In this document: positions 39,327 to 49,500 of the stretch, in pieces
Layout of the letters: each line of letters starts with the position of its first letter
Numbering within the stretch: the stretch's first letter is position 1
Source: Halarcobacter sp.
GTDB taxonomy: Bacteria > Campylobacterota > Campylobacteria > Campylobacterales > Arcobacteraceae
Assembly: GCA_963676565.1 (NCBI GenBank)
Contig: OY781089.1
Location: 1,952,001 to 2,016,000 of the forward strand
Direction of reading: 5' to 3'
Length of the DNA: 64,000 bases
Notes under the pieces: generated by a model
The model's input: only the letters and a program-made list of their open reading frames with translations
Database searches by the model: none
Told to the model about the DNA's origin: nothing
Translations under genes and position numbers: made by a program

Positions 39327-39518
39327 ATGTTTATAAAACTAAATGATAGAGTTTATCTTAATATGGCAAAAATCACTAGAATGAAAATTGACCATGTTGA
39401 AGATGGGATTAGAGTTAGATTTTATGAGTGTCAAGATCAAGTTGCCAAATCAAAAAAATTTGAAACAACTGATGAAGCGTCAGCTTGGATTGAAGAACTT
39501 TTAAAACAAGTAAAATAG
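39327..39518 (+). CDS. Small conserved hypothetical protein (63 aa)
   Basis: Strong AAGGAG RBS; coding-like composition; followed by a terminator. Confidence 0.7.
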   Translation: MFIKLNDRVYLNMAKITRMKIDHVEDGIRVRFYECQDQVAKSKKFETTDEASAWIEELLKQVK

Positions 39519-39578
39519 TATAGCTCTTGCTATACTGTTTTTTAATGGCATTTAGTTAAAATTAATGCCATTAAAAAA
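39517..39578 (+). terminator. Tandem hairpins ending the fdhD-tup operon
   Basis: AGTATAGC-TCTT-GCTATACT + T-run, then TTTTTTAATGGCATT...AATGCCATTAAAAAA. Confidence 0.65.
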
Positions 39579-39618
39579 TAGAATATTATTCTTAGTTTCT
39601 TAAGTATCTTAAAATAAC

Positions 39619-39633
39619 ACCTAAGGTTTAGGT
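39619..39633 (+). promoter_or_regulatory. Conserved leader element copy 4 (ACCTAA-GGT-TTAGGT)
   Basis: Same 11-nt core, upstream of yedF-selD2. Confidence 0.65.
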
Positions 39634-39684
39634 TATAAAACTTCACAAACTATAAATATGATTAAAAAATTATCGGAGAAAATT

Positions 39685-40281
39685 ATGAATTTAGATTGCA
39701 AAGGTTTAGTTTGTCCAGAACCTGTTTTAAAAACTAAAAAAGCTTTAGAAGAGTTAGAAGAAAACTCTGTCTTAGAAGTATTAGTAGACAATATTGCCTC
39801 ACAGGAAAATGTAGTTAGATTTGCCACAAAACAAGGCTTTAGTTCTGAAGTTGAGGATTTAGGTAATAATGAGTTTAAAGTAACTATTGTAAAAGGTTAT
39901 GAGTGTAGTGTTGCAACAAAAGACTCTTTAGGTGAATCGAAATTTTTAAATAAGACAGTATTTATAAAAGATGACAAAGTAGGTGAGGGTGAATTAGGTA
40001 GTATGCTTGTAGTTGGCTTTTTGAAAAGTATGCTTGAATTACCAAAATTACCAAAAACTATTATTTGTGTAAATAAAGGTGTCTTACTAACAACAGCAGA
40101 TGAAAATAGTGATATCATTGAAATATTTAAAAACTTAGAGGAAAAAGGTGTAGAGATTTTTTCTTGTGGAGTTTGTTTAGAGTTTTATGAAGTTGCCAAT
40201 AATCTTAAAGTTGGTAAAATAGGAAATGCCTACGCAACAGTAGAGACATTATTAAACAGTGAAGGAACTATAAGTTTATAA
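39685..40281 (+). CDS. yedF: Selenium metabolism sulfurtransferase-like protein YedF (TusA + DsrE domains)
   Basis: LDCKGLVCPEPV TusA motif, GEGELG and SCGVCL DsrE-like motif; GGAG RBS; abuts selD. Confidence 0.85.
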   Translation: MNLDCKGLVCPEPVLKTKKALEELEENSVLEVLVDNIASQENVVRFATKQGFSSEVEDLGNNEFKVTIVKGYECSVATKDSLGESKFLNKTVFIKDDKVGEGELGSMLVVGFLKSMLELPKLPKTIICVNKGVLLTTADENSDIIEIFKNLEEKGVEIFSCGVCLEFYEVANNLKVGKIGNAYATVETLLNSEGTISL

Positions 40282-41313
40282 ATGAATAACCAACATAAAT
40301 TAACTAAATATGTAAAAGCCGCAGGTTGAGCAGCCAAATTAGCTCCGGGGGAGCTATCACATTTACTTGGTAAGCTTGAATGCGACGATGAAAGATTAAT
40401 TGTAGGAATTGATAGTAGTGATGATGCAACTGTATTTGTACTAAATGAAAATCAAGCAATGGTACAAACAGTTGATTATATTACTCCAGTTATTGATGAT
40501 CCATTTTTATATGGACAAATAGCTGCTGCAAATTCACTTAGTGATATTTTTGCTATGGGAGCTGATGTTTTAACAGCTATGAACCTAGTAGGATTTGATG
40601 GTTGTCATCATCCCAAAGAGGTTTTAGCAGAAATCTTACAAGGTGGCTTAACAAAAGTTAAAGAGTGTGGAGGTGTTCTTGCTGGTGGACATACCATTGA
40701 AGCTCCTGAGATGACATATGGTTTAAGTGTAAGTGGAACTGTTCATCCAAAAAAAGTATTTAGAAATAATACACCAAGAATTGGAGATGTTTTAATACTT
40801 ACTAAACCTATTGGAATAGGAGTTTTAACAACTGGAATAAAAGCAGATATGCTAGATGATAAAGTGATATTAAAAGGTGCATCTATAATGGCACAATTAA
40901 ATCATAAAGCTTCATTATGTGCTAGAGAGTTTGATGTTAGTGCTTGTACAGATATTACAGGATTTGGTTTAGCAGGGCATGCTTTAGAGATGGCATCAAA
41001 AAATGTAAGCCTTGAGTTTGATTTTGAAAAGATTCCAATAATAGAAGAATCAATTGAATTAGCCTCAATGGGGATTATCCCTGGTGGGACATATAATAAT
41101 AGGGCCTATGTAAAACCAAATGTAGAAGTACAAAGAGATTTTGAAAATGAGATTTTCTTTTATGATGCTCAAACTTCAGGAGGACTTTTAATAAGTGTAT
41201 CTCAAGAAGATGCACCAAAATTATTAGATAGGCTTAAAAGTGAAGGCTATGAGTATAGCTCAATAATTGCCACTGTAAAACAAAAACAACAAAAGAGTTT
41301 AATACTCAAATAG
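40282..41313 (+). CDS. selD: Selenide, water dikinase copy 2, selenoprotein, Sec16
   Basis: ATG at 40282: MNNQHKLTKYVKAAG-TGA(40327-40329)-AAKLAPG..., in frame with track ORF 40459. Confidence 0.95.
40340..40356 (+). promoter_or_regulatory. Bacterial SECIS of selD copy 2
   Basis: UAGCUC-CGGGG-GAGCUA, 10 nt after the UGA; covaries with the selD1 SECIS. Confidence 0.85.
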
Positions 41314-41394
41314 TATAAGCTGTAGTTATTTTAACCTTGAATTTAAGAATTATATTTTATTATATATTATTAAATTTGAGGGAGAAATAAGACA

Positions 41395-42186
41395 ATGTTA
41401 GATCCAGAAGAAGCATACTATAAGTTACTAGAAGTATATGGTCAAAATGTAATTGCGTCAAAGACTGATTTAAAAGGAAACATTGTCTATGTATCCGATG
41501 CATTTTGTAAAATAAGCGGTTACACTAGAAAAGAGTTAATGGGACAACCACATAGTATAGTAAGACATCCTGATACTCCAAGTTCAGTATTTAAAGAGCT
41601 TTGGGATGCCATAAAAAATTCAAAAACCTTTAAAACCCAAATTAAAAATAGAAAAAAAGATGGGTCATTTTATTGGGTTGATATGACTATATCTCCAATA
41701 TTAGATGAGTTTAACAATATTGTTGGGTATACTGCAATAAGACATGATATCACCACACAAAAAGAGCTTGAAGAGCTTAACTTTGAACATCAGAAACTAA
41801 TTGAATCATTCAGTAAAAATGTTATTGCATCAAAAACTGATTTAAAAGGGAATATAACTTATGTTAGTGAAGCTTTTTGTAAAATAAGTGGTTATTTAGA
41901 AGATGAACTTCTTGGAAAAGCACATAACATTATTAGACACCCTGATATGGGTAAAACTTTTTATAAAAATATGTGGGAAACTTTAAAAAGTGGTAAAGAG
42001 TTTAAAGGTGTTATAAAAAACAAAAAGAAAAATGGTGAAGCTTATTGGGTAGATGTTATTATTTCATGTGATTATGACAAAGACAAAAATCATATTGGTT
42101 TTACATCAATTAGAAAAGAGATTACAAAGCAAAAAGAGCTTGAAGAAAAATTAAAAGAACTTACAAATGATAAAAAGGAGAGCTAG
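41395..42186 (+). CDS. Stand-alone tandem PAS-PAS (Aer-like) protein
   Basis: Two SKTDLKGNI.YVS.AFCKISGY...RHPD repeats; no output domain. Confidence 0.85.
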   Translation: MLDPEEAYYKLLEVYGQNVIASKTDLKGNIVYVSDAFCKISGYTRKELMGQPHSIVRHPDTPSSVFKELWDAIKNSKTFKTQIKNRKKDGSFYWVDMTISPILDEFNNIVGYTAIRHDITTQKELEELNFEHQKLIESFSKNVIASKTDLKGNITYVSEAFCKISGYLEDELLGKAHNIIRHPDMGKTFYKNMWETLKSGKEFKGVIKNKKKNGEAYWVDVIISCDYDKDKNHIGFTSIRKEITKQKELEEKLKELTNDKKES

Positions 42187-42204
42187 TAAAACTAGCCTCT
42201 TTTT
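42172..42204. terminator. Bidirectional terminator between convergent genes
   Basis: AAAAAGGAGAGCTAGT-AAA-ACTAGCCTCTTTTT. Confidence 0.65.
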
Positions 42205-43178
42205 CAACTATACTCTTCTGTCATTTTATTGTAAAATTTAACATAATCAGTATCACCAGTATCTCTAGCTTTCATAGCAGCTCTTGGGTGTTCATTTAAA
42301 TGACCACTAATGATATAAGGAACACTACATCCCCAATCCAATTCTTTTTCTAATGGTACAATATACTCTTGGATAAATTTTAATACAGGAGCATATTTGT
42401 ATTTAGGGTTTTTCAAGAATCCTAGTAAAAGTTCCATAGCACAGTTTCCTGCACCTCTTCCTAATCCTGAAACAGTAACATCTAAATAACTTGTTCCATA
42501 AACCATAGCTTCAAGTGTATTTGCATAAGCTAGTGATAGATTATTGTGTGCATGAATACCAACTTTTTTGCCAGCTGGTCTTGCAACATCTAAATATTTA
42601 TCTGTTAATTTATTAATTTGTTCAGGGTAAAAAGAACCAAAACTATCAGCAATATAAATTACATCAACATTTGATTTAGCAACCTGTGCTAAAACTTCAT
42701 CAAGTTCATTGTCAAATGATTTAGAAATTGCCATGATATTACACGTTGTTTCATAACCTTTTGCGTGGAAGTCTTCAATCAATTCTAATGCTTCTGGAAT
42801 TTGATGAATATAAGTTGCAACTCTAATCATATCAACTACTGATTCATCTGAATGAGGAATCTCTTCTTTAATAGTTCTTCCAACATCAGCCATAGTAGCA
42901 ATTTTTAGTTTTGTGTTGTTTTCACCAACAATACTTCTAATATCTTCTTCTTTACAGAAGTTCCATTTTCCATATTCATCTTCACTCATAACTGTAGGAG
43001 ATACATTTTTCCCAATCTCCATATAATCAATTCCAGCATTTACACACATATCATATAAAGCTTTTACAAACTCATCTGAAAAGTGATAGTTATTTACAAG
43101 TCCACCATCTCTGATTGTACAATCAAAAACTCTTAAATCTTCTCTAACTGAAAGGATGCTTCCCTCTTTTTGTAACAT
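42204..43178 (-). CDS. DRE-TIM metallolyase (HMGL-like / 4-hydroxy-2-oxovalerate aldolase-like)
   Basis: DCTIRDGG, ADSFG, GIHAHNN and GLGRGAGN motifs. Confidence 0.85.
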   Translation of the reverse strand: MLQKEGSILSVREDLRVFDCTIRDGGLVNNYHFSDEFVKALYDMCVNAGIDYMEIGKNVSPTVMSEDEYGKWNFCKEEDIRSIVGENNTKLKIATMADVGRTIKEEIPHSDESVVDMIRVATYIHQIPEALELIEDFHAKGYETTCNIMAISKSFDNELDEVLAQVAKSNVDVIYIADSFGSFYPEQINKLTDKYLDVARPAGKKVGIHAHNNLSLAYANTLEAMVYGTSYLDVTVSGLGRGAGNCAMELLLGFLKNPKYKYAPVLKFIQEYIVPLEKELDWGCSVPYIISGHLNEHPRAAMKARDTGDTDYVKFYNKMTEEYS

Positions 43179-43264
43179 ATTAATTCCCTGTTTAAATTTT
43201 GTATTATGATACTAAAAAGTACTTAAATAGGGTATAAAAGAGCTATAAAGCTCCCTTATAATTT

Positions 43265-44569
43265 TTAGTCTTCCCTTTTTTCTTTCCCTTGATAGTTTCT
43301 ATTAGTGTTTTCATCTCTAATTTGAATAGAGTCTTTTCCAACAAATTGAGATTTTGATATTAGTTCAACATTATTGTTAGCAATTTTAGACATTTGTGAT
43401 GAAATTATTCTAACATTTTCTGCAACTTGTGCATTTTTTTGAGTTAGTGTATCTATTTGGGCAACGGTATTATTTATCATAGAAATACCTAATTCTTGCT
43501 CTTTTGAGGATTGAACAACCTGTTCAATTAGTGAAGTAGTACTATTTATTTTTGCACTTAGGTTTTCATAACCTAATATCATATCATCAGCAATACCTTT
43601 ACCTTCATTAGCCTTAATTGATGCAGATTCAACCAAATTTTTTATCTCTTTTGCTGCATCAGCACTTCTGTTTGCTAGATTTCTAACTTCCCCCGCTACT
43701 ACTGCAAACCCTTTTCCAGCTTCTCCTGCCGTTGCTGCTTCAACTGCTGCATTTAAAGAAAGGATATTTGTTTGAAAAGCAATTTGGTCAATCATATCTA
43801 AAGCTTCATGAACATCCTTTGTTGAATTATTAATTTCATTCATTGCTGTAACTGTTTTTGTTGCTAGAGATAAACCACTTGAAATAGAATTAGTTACTTC
43901 AGCCCCATAGTTTTCCATTTCATTTGCCATATTAGTATTATTTTTGATTGTACTTGTTATCTCTTCAATAGCTGCAGATGCTTCTTCTAATGAAGCAGCT
44001 TGTGTTGTAGTTGATTGAGATAAGTTTGATGAAATATCAAGTAAGTCAGTAGATTCTTTTTGTAAAACTAAACTTGTTCTATATGTACTTTCTAATTGTT
44101 TAGTTATCTCTTTTTTTAGAAAATTAATCCCTTGGGTCATTTTTTTAAAATCCCCACCTCTAAACATTGTTTCATCAATTTCATGTAAAAAGTTTTGTTG
44201 AGAGTATTCATTTAATATCTTTTCAATATTTGCCAATGCTTTTTGAAGCTTTTCAGACATAACATTCATTGTCTTTGCAATATAGTTAAGTTTATTATTT
44301 GAACTTTCTTTTGTAACTCTATCTTCTGTAAAACCATCTGATAGTTTTTCTGCACAAAGCATTATTTCACCATAGATAGTTAAATCTTCAGTATTTTTAC
44401 TTTGAATTAAATTGGAAATATTTAAAATCTTTTCCATAATAAGCTTATCTGTACCACTACAAGTATTATCAGATTGTTCAATTTTATTGATATCCTCTTT
44501 TATGTAATCTTCTATAGTATCTAAAGCTTTTAATATATCATTTGAGTCTTGATTATTTTTAAAAAACAT
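43265..44569 (-). CDS. Soluble methyl-accepting chemotaxis protein (no clear TM)
   Basis: [17 protein letters not shown]; co-oriented with the upstream PAS gene. Confidence 0.88.
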   Translation of the reverse strand: MFFKNNQDSNDILKALDTIEDYIKEDINKIEQSDNTCSGTDKLIMEKILNISNLIQSKNTEDLTIYGEIMLCAEKLSDGFTEDRVTKESSNNKLNYIAKTMNVMSEKLQKALANIEKILNEYSQQNFLHEIDETMFRGGDFKKMTQGINFLKKEITKQLESTYRTSLVLQKESTDLLDISSNLSQSTTTQAASLEEASAAIEEITSTIKNNTNMANEMENYGAEVTNSISSGLSLATKTVTAMNEINNSTKDVHEALDMIDQIAFQTNILSLNAAVEAATAGEAGKGFAVVAGEVRNLANRSADAAKEIKNLVESASIKANEGKGIADDMILGYENLSAKINSTTSLIEQVVQSSKEQELGISMINNTVAQIDTLTQKNAQVAENVRIISSQMSKIANNNVELISKSQFVGKDSIQIRDENTNRNYQGKEKRED

Positions 44570-44578
44570 TTTATGGCC

Positions 44579-44962
44579 TTAGTCTAAAGTTTTATACAGT
44601 TCTTCTGCATTTTTAATCTCTTCATCTGTTGGCTTTACCCTAACAGAGATATATCTTAAGTTACCATTTACATCTTTAGAAGGAAATGCCGTTGCATTTA
44701 CCCAATAATACTCACCACTTTTTGTTTTATTCTTAACAATCCCATTCCATATTTTACCAGCTTGTATAGTTTCCCACAAATCCTTAAATGCAGCCTTTGG
44801 CATATCAGGATGTCTTACGTAATTATGTGGTTGACCTATTAATTCTTCTTTTGTATATCCTGCAATTTTACAAAAATCTTCGTTCGCATAAATAATTATT
44901 CCCTTTGAATCAGTCTCAGAAACAATCATTGTTTCCTTACTAAGTTTAACTTCCCCACTCAT
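44579..44962 (-). CDS. Stand-alone Aer/CetB-like PAS protein
   Basis: IVSETDSKG.IIYAN..F...HNYVRHPDMP..F..LW...W.G.VKN. Confidence 0.88.
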   Translation of the reverse strand: MSGEVKLSKETMIVSETDSKGIIIYANEDFCKIAGYTKEELIGQPHNYVRHPDMPKAAFKDLWETIQAGKIWNGIVKNKTKSGEYYWVNATAFPSKDVNGNLRYISVRVKPTDEEIKNAEELYKTLD

Positions 44963-45123
44963 TATTTTCCCTTTCAAAAGTTAAAAATAATATAATTATC
45001 CCCAGTATACAATAAAAGTGTATCTAAAATGTCTCTTTTTTCTAAAAAGTATCATTTCGTGTGAGTATTTTGTTGCTTTTTTTACTTATATTTCATTTAT
45101 AATAAATTGGATATAATCCGCCA

Positions 45124-47322
45124 ATGAATGAGATATTAAAGAAATTAGACTTAAGTGATTATATAGATTCATTTTCTAAATTATTAGCTAGAGAAAAATC
45201 TATAATCCTAGAAGGGGATATAAACCTTCACCATAGACTTATTAGTGAATTATCAAAATTTGATTTAAAAGAACCAACAAAAGTTGCAAATCTTGACAAT
45301 GCATTGTTACATATACAAAAGCAAGGTATATTAAAAATATATGATATTTATGAGTTCATAAAAATCATTAAATATTTTAACTATTTAAAAAAGTTCAACT
45401 TTGAAGGAAAACTTGCTGAATGGATAGATAGAATTATAATTCCAACAGAGATTAACAAAATATGTGATTACTTTGACGAAAAAGAGAATTTAAGACAAGG
45501 TGTTAATGAAGATTATGATGCAATTAAAGGTGCAATTTATAATAATAAGCAAGAGATAAAACAAAGCCTTTATAAACTAATCAATAACACAAAACTAAGA
45601 AGCTATTTAGTTGATTCACAAGTTCACTATGTAAATGGTGAAGAGTGTTTATTAGTTCGTGGTGGCTTTAACCATGTTATAAAAGCAACTGTTTTAGATA
45701 GATCAAACTCTGGATTTTTTTATGTCTTACCCCATAGTGTTAGTAACTTAAAACAAAAACAAAGTGATTTAATAAATAAGCAAGAAGAGATACTTCTTAA
45801 AGTGTGTAAAGAGATAAGTTCTCTTTTTGAAAAGAATTTACTATTTTTAAAATTTATTAATAAAGAGTTTGATAGATTTGATCATTATCAAGCAAGAATA
45901 TTCTTTTCAAAAATAGGGGATAAGAATTTTATATTACCTAATAAGAAAGGTAAAAACAAACTAGTAGAGTTTAAACATCCAGCATTAAGTGATGCAAAAG
46001 CTATAAGTATAGATTTTTCAAAATCAGTAGTTATGATTACTGGGGTAAATGCTGGTGGTAAAACTATGATGTTAAAATCAATTCTATCAGCTGTATTTTT
46101 ATCAAAATACCTTTTACCATATTATACGCACCATACAAGTGAAGTTGGAACCTTTAAAGAGATTGCTGCTGTATTAGATGATCCTCAAAGTGTTAAAAAT
46201 GATATCTCAACTTTTGCAGGACGTATGGTAGAGTTTTCTAAACTATTTTCTTCAAAAAGTGCAATTGTAGGTGTAGATGAAATAGAACTAGGAACAGATT
46301 CAGATGAAGCAGCTAGCTTGTTTAAAGTTATAATAGAAGAGTTAATTCAAAAAGATATAAAAATCATCATAACAACACACCATAAAAGACTAGCTTCTCT
46401 TATGGCTTCAAATGAAAATGTAGAATTAATAGCTGCACTTTATGATGAAGAGAATCAAAAACCAACTTATGAGTTTTTACAAGGTACCATTGGAAAGTCT
46501 TATGCCTTTGAAACTGCTTCAAGATATGGAATACCACATAATGTAATTAAAAAAGCAAAAGTAGTATATGGTGAAGATAAAGATAGGTTAAATGAACTAA
46601 TAGAAAGAAGTAGTGCCTTAGAAATAGAGTATAAACAAAAGATTAAAAAACTTGAAGAAGAGCAAGAGAGATTTGAAAGATTAAATAAAAATCTAAAAGA
46701 GGCTAAAGAGAGTTTAGATGAACATATTTATGAAGAGAAATCAAAACTTCATAAAGAGTATAAAGATGCAAGAGAAGAAGCAAAGAAAGCTATTAAAGCA
46801 AAAATAGCTGTAGGGCATCAACATCTAAATGTAGCCCATGCAAAAGCTCAATCAATAAAAACTGAAAAAGTTCAAGAAAAAGTTGAACTTAAAGTAGGAG
46901 ATAGAGTTAAATATAGAAGTTCAAAGGGTGAGATTATATCTATAAAAGGGAAAAAGGCTTTTATAGAAAATGATATGGGGATGAAGATGCAAGTCTTACT
47001 TTCAGACTTACAAAGAAGTGGAAACCCACCTGAGATAAAAGCAAAACCAAAAGCTAGTGTAAATGTTCAAAGACCAGACTCTGGACATGTAAAATTAGAC
47101 CTACATGGACAAAGAGCAGATGAGGCAATAGAAAATTTAGATAAGTTTTTATCTGATGCACTAATTGCAGGCTTTGATGAGGTATTAGTTTATCATGGAA
47201 TTGGTACAGGAAAGCTATCATATGCTGTAAAACAGTTTTTAGATAAACATCCACGGGTAAAATCATATGAGGATGCCCATCCATCTTCTGGCGGCTTTGG
47301 AGCTAAAGTTATTAAACTTTAA
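45124..47322 (+). CDS. mutS2: Endonuclease MutS2
   Basis: ITGVNAGGKT, STFAG, DEIELGTD and TTH motifs; C-terminal Smr domain (LDLHG, HGIGTG). Confidence 0.93.
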   Translation: MNEILKKLDLSDYIDSFSKLLAREKSIILEGDINLHHRLISELSKFDLKEPTKVANLDNALLHIQKQGILKIYDIYEFIKIIKYFNYLKKFNFEGKLAEWIDRIIIPTEINKICDYFDEKENLRQGVNEDYDAIKGAIYNNKQEIKQSLYKLINNTKLRSYLVDSQVHYVNGEECLLVRGGFNHVIKATVLDRSNSGFFYVLPHSVSNLKQKQSDLINKQEEILLKVCKEISSLFEKNLLFLKFINKEFDRFDHYQARIFFSKIGDKNFILPNKKGKNKLVEFKHPALSDAKAISIDFSKSVVMITGVNAGGKTMMLKSILSAVFLSKYLLPYYTHHTSEVGTFKEIAAVLDDPQSVKNDISTFAGRMVEFSKLFSSKSAIVGVDEIELGTDSDEAASLFKVIIEELIQKDIKIIITTHHKRLASLMASNENVELIAALYDEENQKPTYEFLQGTIGKSYAFETASRYGIPHNVIKKAKVVYGEDKDRLNELIERSSALEIEYKQKIKKLEEEQERFERLNKNLKEAKESLDEHIYEEKSKLHKEYKDAREEAKKAIKAKIAVGHQHLNVAHAKAQSIKTEKVQEKVELKVGDRVKYRSSKGEIISIKGKKAFIENDMGMKMQVLLSDLQRSGNPPEIKAKPKASVNVQRPDSGHVKLDLHGQRADEAIENLDKFLSDALIAGFDEVLVYHGIGTGKLSYAVKQFLDKHPRVKSYEDAHPSSGGFGAKVIKL

Positions 47323-49483
47323 GATATTTTTTTCTAATCTCATCTTTACATAATGGTTTAGAAAATAAATATCCTTGTACATAATTAGCATTTATATCCT
47401 TTAGCCATTGAAGGCTTTCATTGGTTTCCACCCCTTCAATTACAATGTCACAGTTTAATCCCTGTGTCATGGAAATCATTGAAGTTACCATCTTTCTAGC
47501 TTGTTCATCTTTATCAATTCTAAAAGTAAAAGATTTGTCAACTTTTACTACATCTATTGGGAGGTTATGTAACTGTGATAATGAGGCATACCCTGTCCCA
47601 AAATCATCTAAATAGATTCTTGAACCTTTTTTTGATAATTGATTTAGTTGAAAGTTTAAACTTTCAAGATTTTCCATTGTACTTGTTTCTGTTATCTCAA
47701 AATTAAAATTTTTTAGTTGAAGTGCATGTTTCAATGCGATAGATTCAAAATTCTCTATAAAACTCTCTTTCATTAGTTGTAATACAGAAAGATTTACAGC
47801 AATTGGTAGATTCTTAAGATTATTTTCTTTGTTAAATTTATAAAAGATACAAACTTCATTGAAAATAAGTTCCCCAAGTTCTGTTATCAAACCTTCTGAT
47901 TCTGCAATTGAAATTATATTTTCAGGATTAATAAATTCCTCATCATCATTTTTTACTCTTAAAAGTGCTTCTAATGAGTTGATTTCATTATTTTTCGTAT
48001 TAAAAATTGGTTGGTAGAAAACCTCTAAATATTTTGATGGATTTTTTAATGTTTTTAATAAAATATTTTTAAAACTATCTTTTTCTAAAATATATTTTTC
48101 ATCCTCCTCTTTAAATATAGAAACTTGATTTCTTCCTGCATTTTTTGATCTATACATTGCTGAATCAGCTCTACTCATTAATTCTGCTGTAGTTGTTCCA
48201 TGATCAGGGTAAATAGATACACCAATTGATGTACCTATATTGTGTTCATTATTATTTATAAAAAAAGGTTTTCTAATCTCCTTTATTAAAGACTCTGCAA
48301 TTTTTAATATAATCTTCTCATCTTGAATTCTAGATAATATAATTACAAACTCATCTCCCCCAATCCTTGCTACAATATCATTTGTTCTAACTTTTGATAA
48401 TATTCTTTGTGCAGTTTCTTGAAGAAGTAAATCACCTTCGTGGTGTCCATATATGTCATTTACTTGTTTAAAATGATCTAAATCTAAAAATAAAACAGCA
48501 TTTTTTGTTTTTTTTCTTTTTGAGTTTTCAAGTAAATTTGAGAAATTAATATTTAAAAAATGTCTATTAACAAGTCCAGTTAATACATCATAGTGAGCTA
48601 ATCTATCTAATTCATATTGTCTTTTCTTTCTATCAGTAATATCTGAAAAAATTGCTATATAAAACATTTTTTTAGTTACAGGTTCAATAACTCTGTTTAT
48701 TTGTAACCACTCTGGAAAAATATTATTATTTTTTCTTTTGTTCCAAACCTCACCAGCCCACCAACCATGGTGTGTTATAGATTTCCAGATATCACTGTAG
48801 AAATCTTTCGTATGTCTTCCTGATTTAAGTATACTTGGAGTTTTTCCTAGTACAAAGTCTTGGGAATAACCTGTTATTTCTGTAAATGCACTGTTGACTT
48901 TTAAAATTTTAGCTTCTTCATTTGTAATTATTACACCATCTTTTAATTGATCTAATACTAAATGAGATAGATAATTAGAGCTTTGTGAACCATCAGAATC
49001 ATATGGCAAGATTACACCCATAATTAGTATACCTCTTTCATAGTTTTGAACATCTAGTTTTTTTAATGATAAACTAAAACTTTTTTGATTTTTTAATAAT
49101 AAAAAATGGAAATTCATAGATTTTTGAGAGGTGTCTTTTAGAAATGTTTGAAATTTTGAAGTATATTCCATAAAAACAGATTGATCAAGAAACGTTCTGA
49201 AGTTTTGTTCTAAAATATTAAATTTCCCATTTTCAAAAAAGTTAATAGCAGTTTCATTAAGTTTTTTAATTTTACCAAACTTATCAATTATTACTAGTAT
49301 ATTTGGCGATTGTTCAAAATAGGTACTATAATCTTTTTCTATATTTATCCCACTATATAATAAGTCATTTTCTAATATTTGACAGTCTTGTTTTTGTTTA
49401 AAAAGTTCCTGTTGTAAATCAACAATTATTTGATTTAAACTAGAAATTTGTTCTTGATATGCTCTTATTTCTTCATCAAACAT
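47312..49483 (-). CDS. Coiled-coil-PAS-PAS-GGDEF-EAL c-di-GMP enzyme
   Basis: RIGGDEF intact; EALLR and DDFGTGY intact. Confidence 0.92.
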   Translation of the reverse strand: MFDEEIRAYQEQISSLNQIIVDLQQELFKQKQDCQILENDLLYSGINIEKDYSTYFEQSPNILVIIDKFGKIKKLNETAINFFENGKFNILEQNFRTFLDQSVFMEYTSKFQTFLKDTSQKSMNFHFLLLKNQKSFSLSLKKLDVQNYERGILIMGVILPYDSDGSQSSNYLSHLVLDQLKDGVIITNEEAKILKVNSAFTEITGYSQDFVLGKTPSILKSGRHTKDFYSDIWKSITHHGWWAGEVWNKRKNNNIFPEWLQINRVIEPVTKKMFYIAIFSDITDRKKRQYELDRLAHYDVLTGLVNRHFLNINFSNLLENSKRKKTKNAVLFLDLDHFKQVNDIYGHHEGDLLLQETAQRILSKVRTNDIVARIGGDEFVIILSRIQDEKIILKIAESLIKEIRKPFFINNNEHNIGTSIGVSIYPDHGTTTAELMSRADSAMYRSKNAGRNQVSIFKEEDEKYILEKDSFKNILLKTLKNPSKYLEVFYQPIFNTKNNEINSLEALLRVKNDDEEFINPENIISIAESEGLITELGELIFNEVCIFYKFNKENNLKNLPIAVNLSVLQLMKESFIENFESIALKHALQLKNFNFEITETSTMENLESLNFQLNQLSKKGSRIYLDDFGTGYASLSQLHNLPIDVVKVDKSFTFRIDKDEQARKMVTSMISMTQGLNCDIVIEGVETNESLQWLKDINANYVQGYLFSKPLCKDEIRKKYLKV

Positions 49484-49500
49484 AATTATTTCCTATTAAA

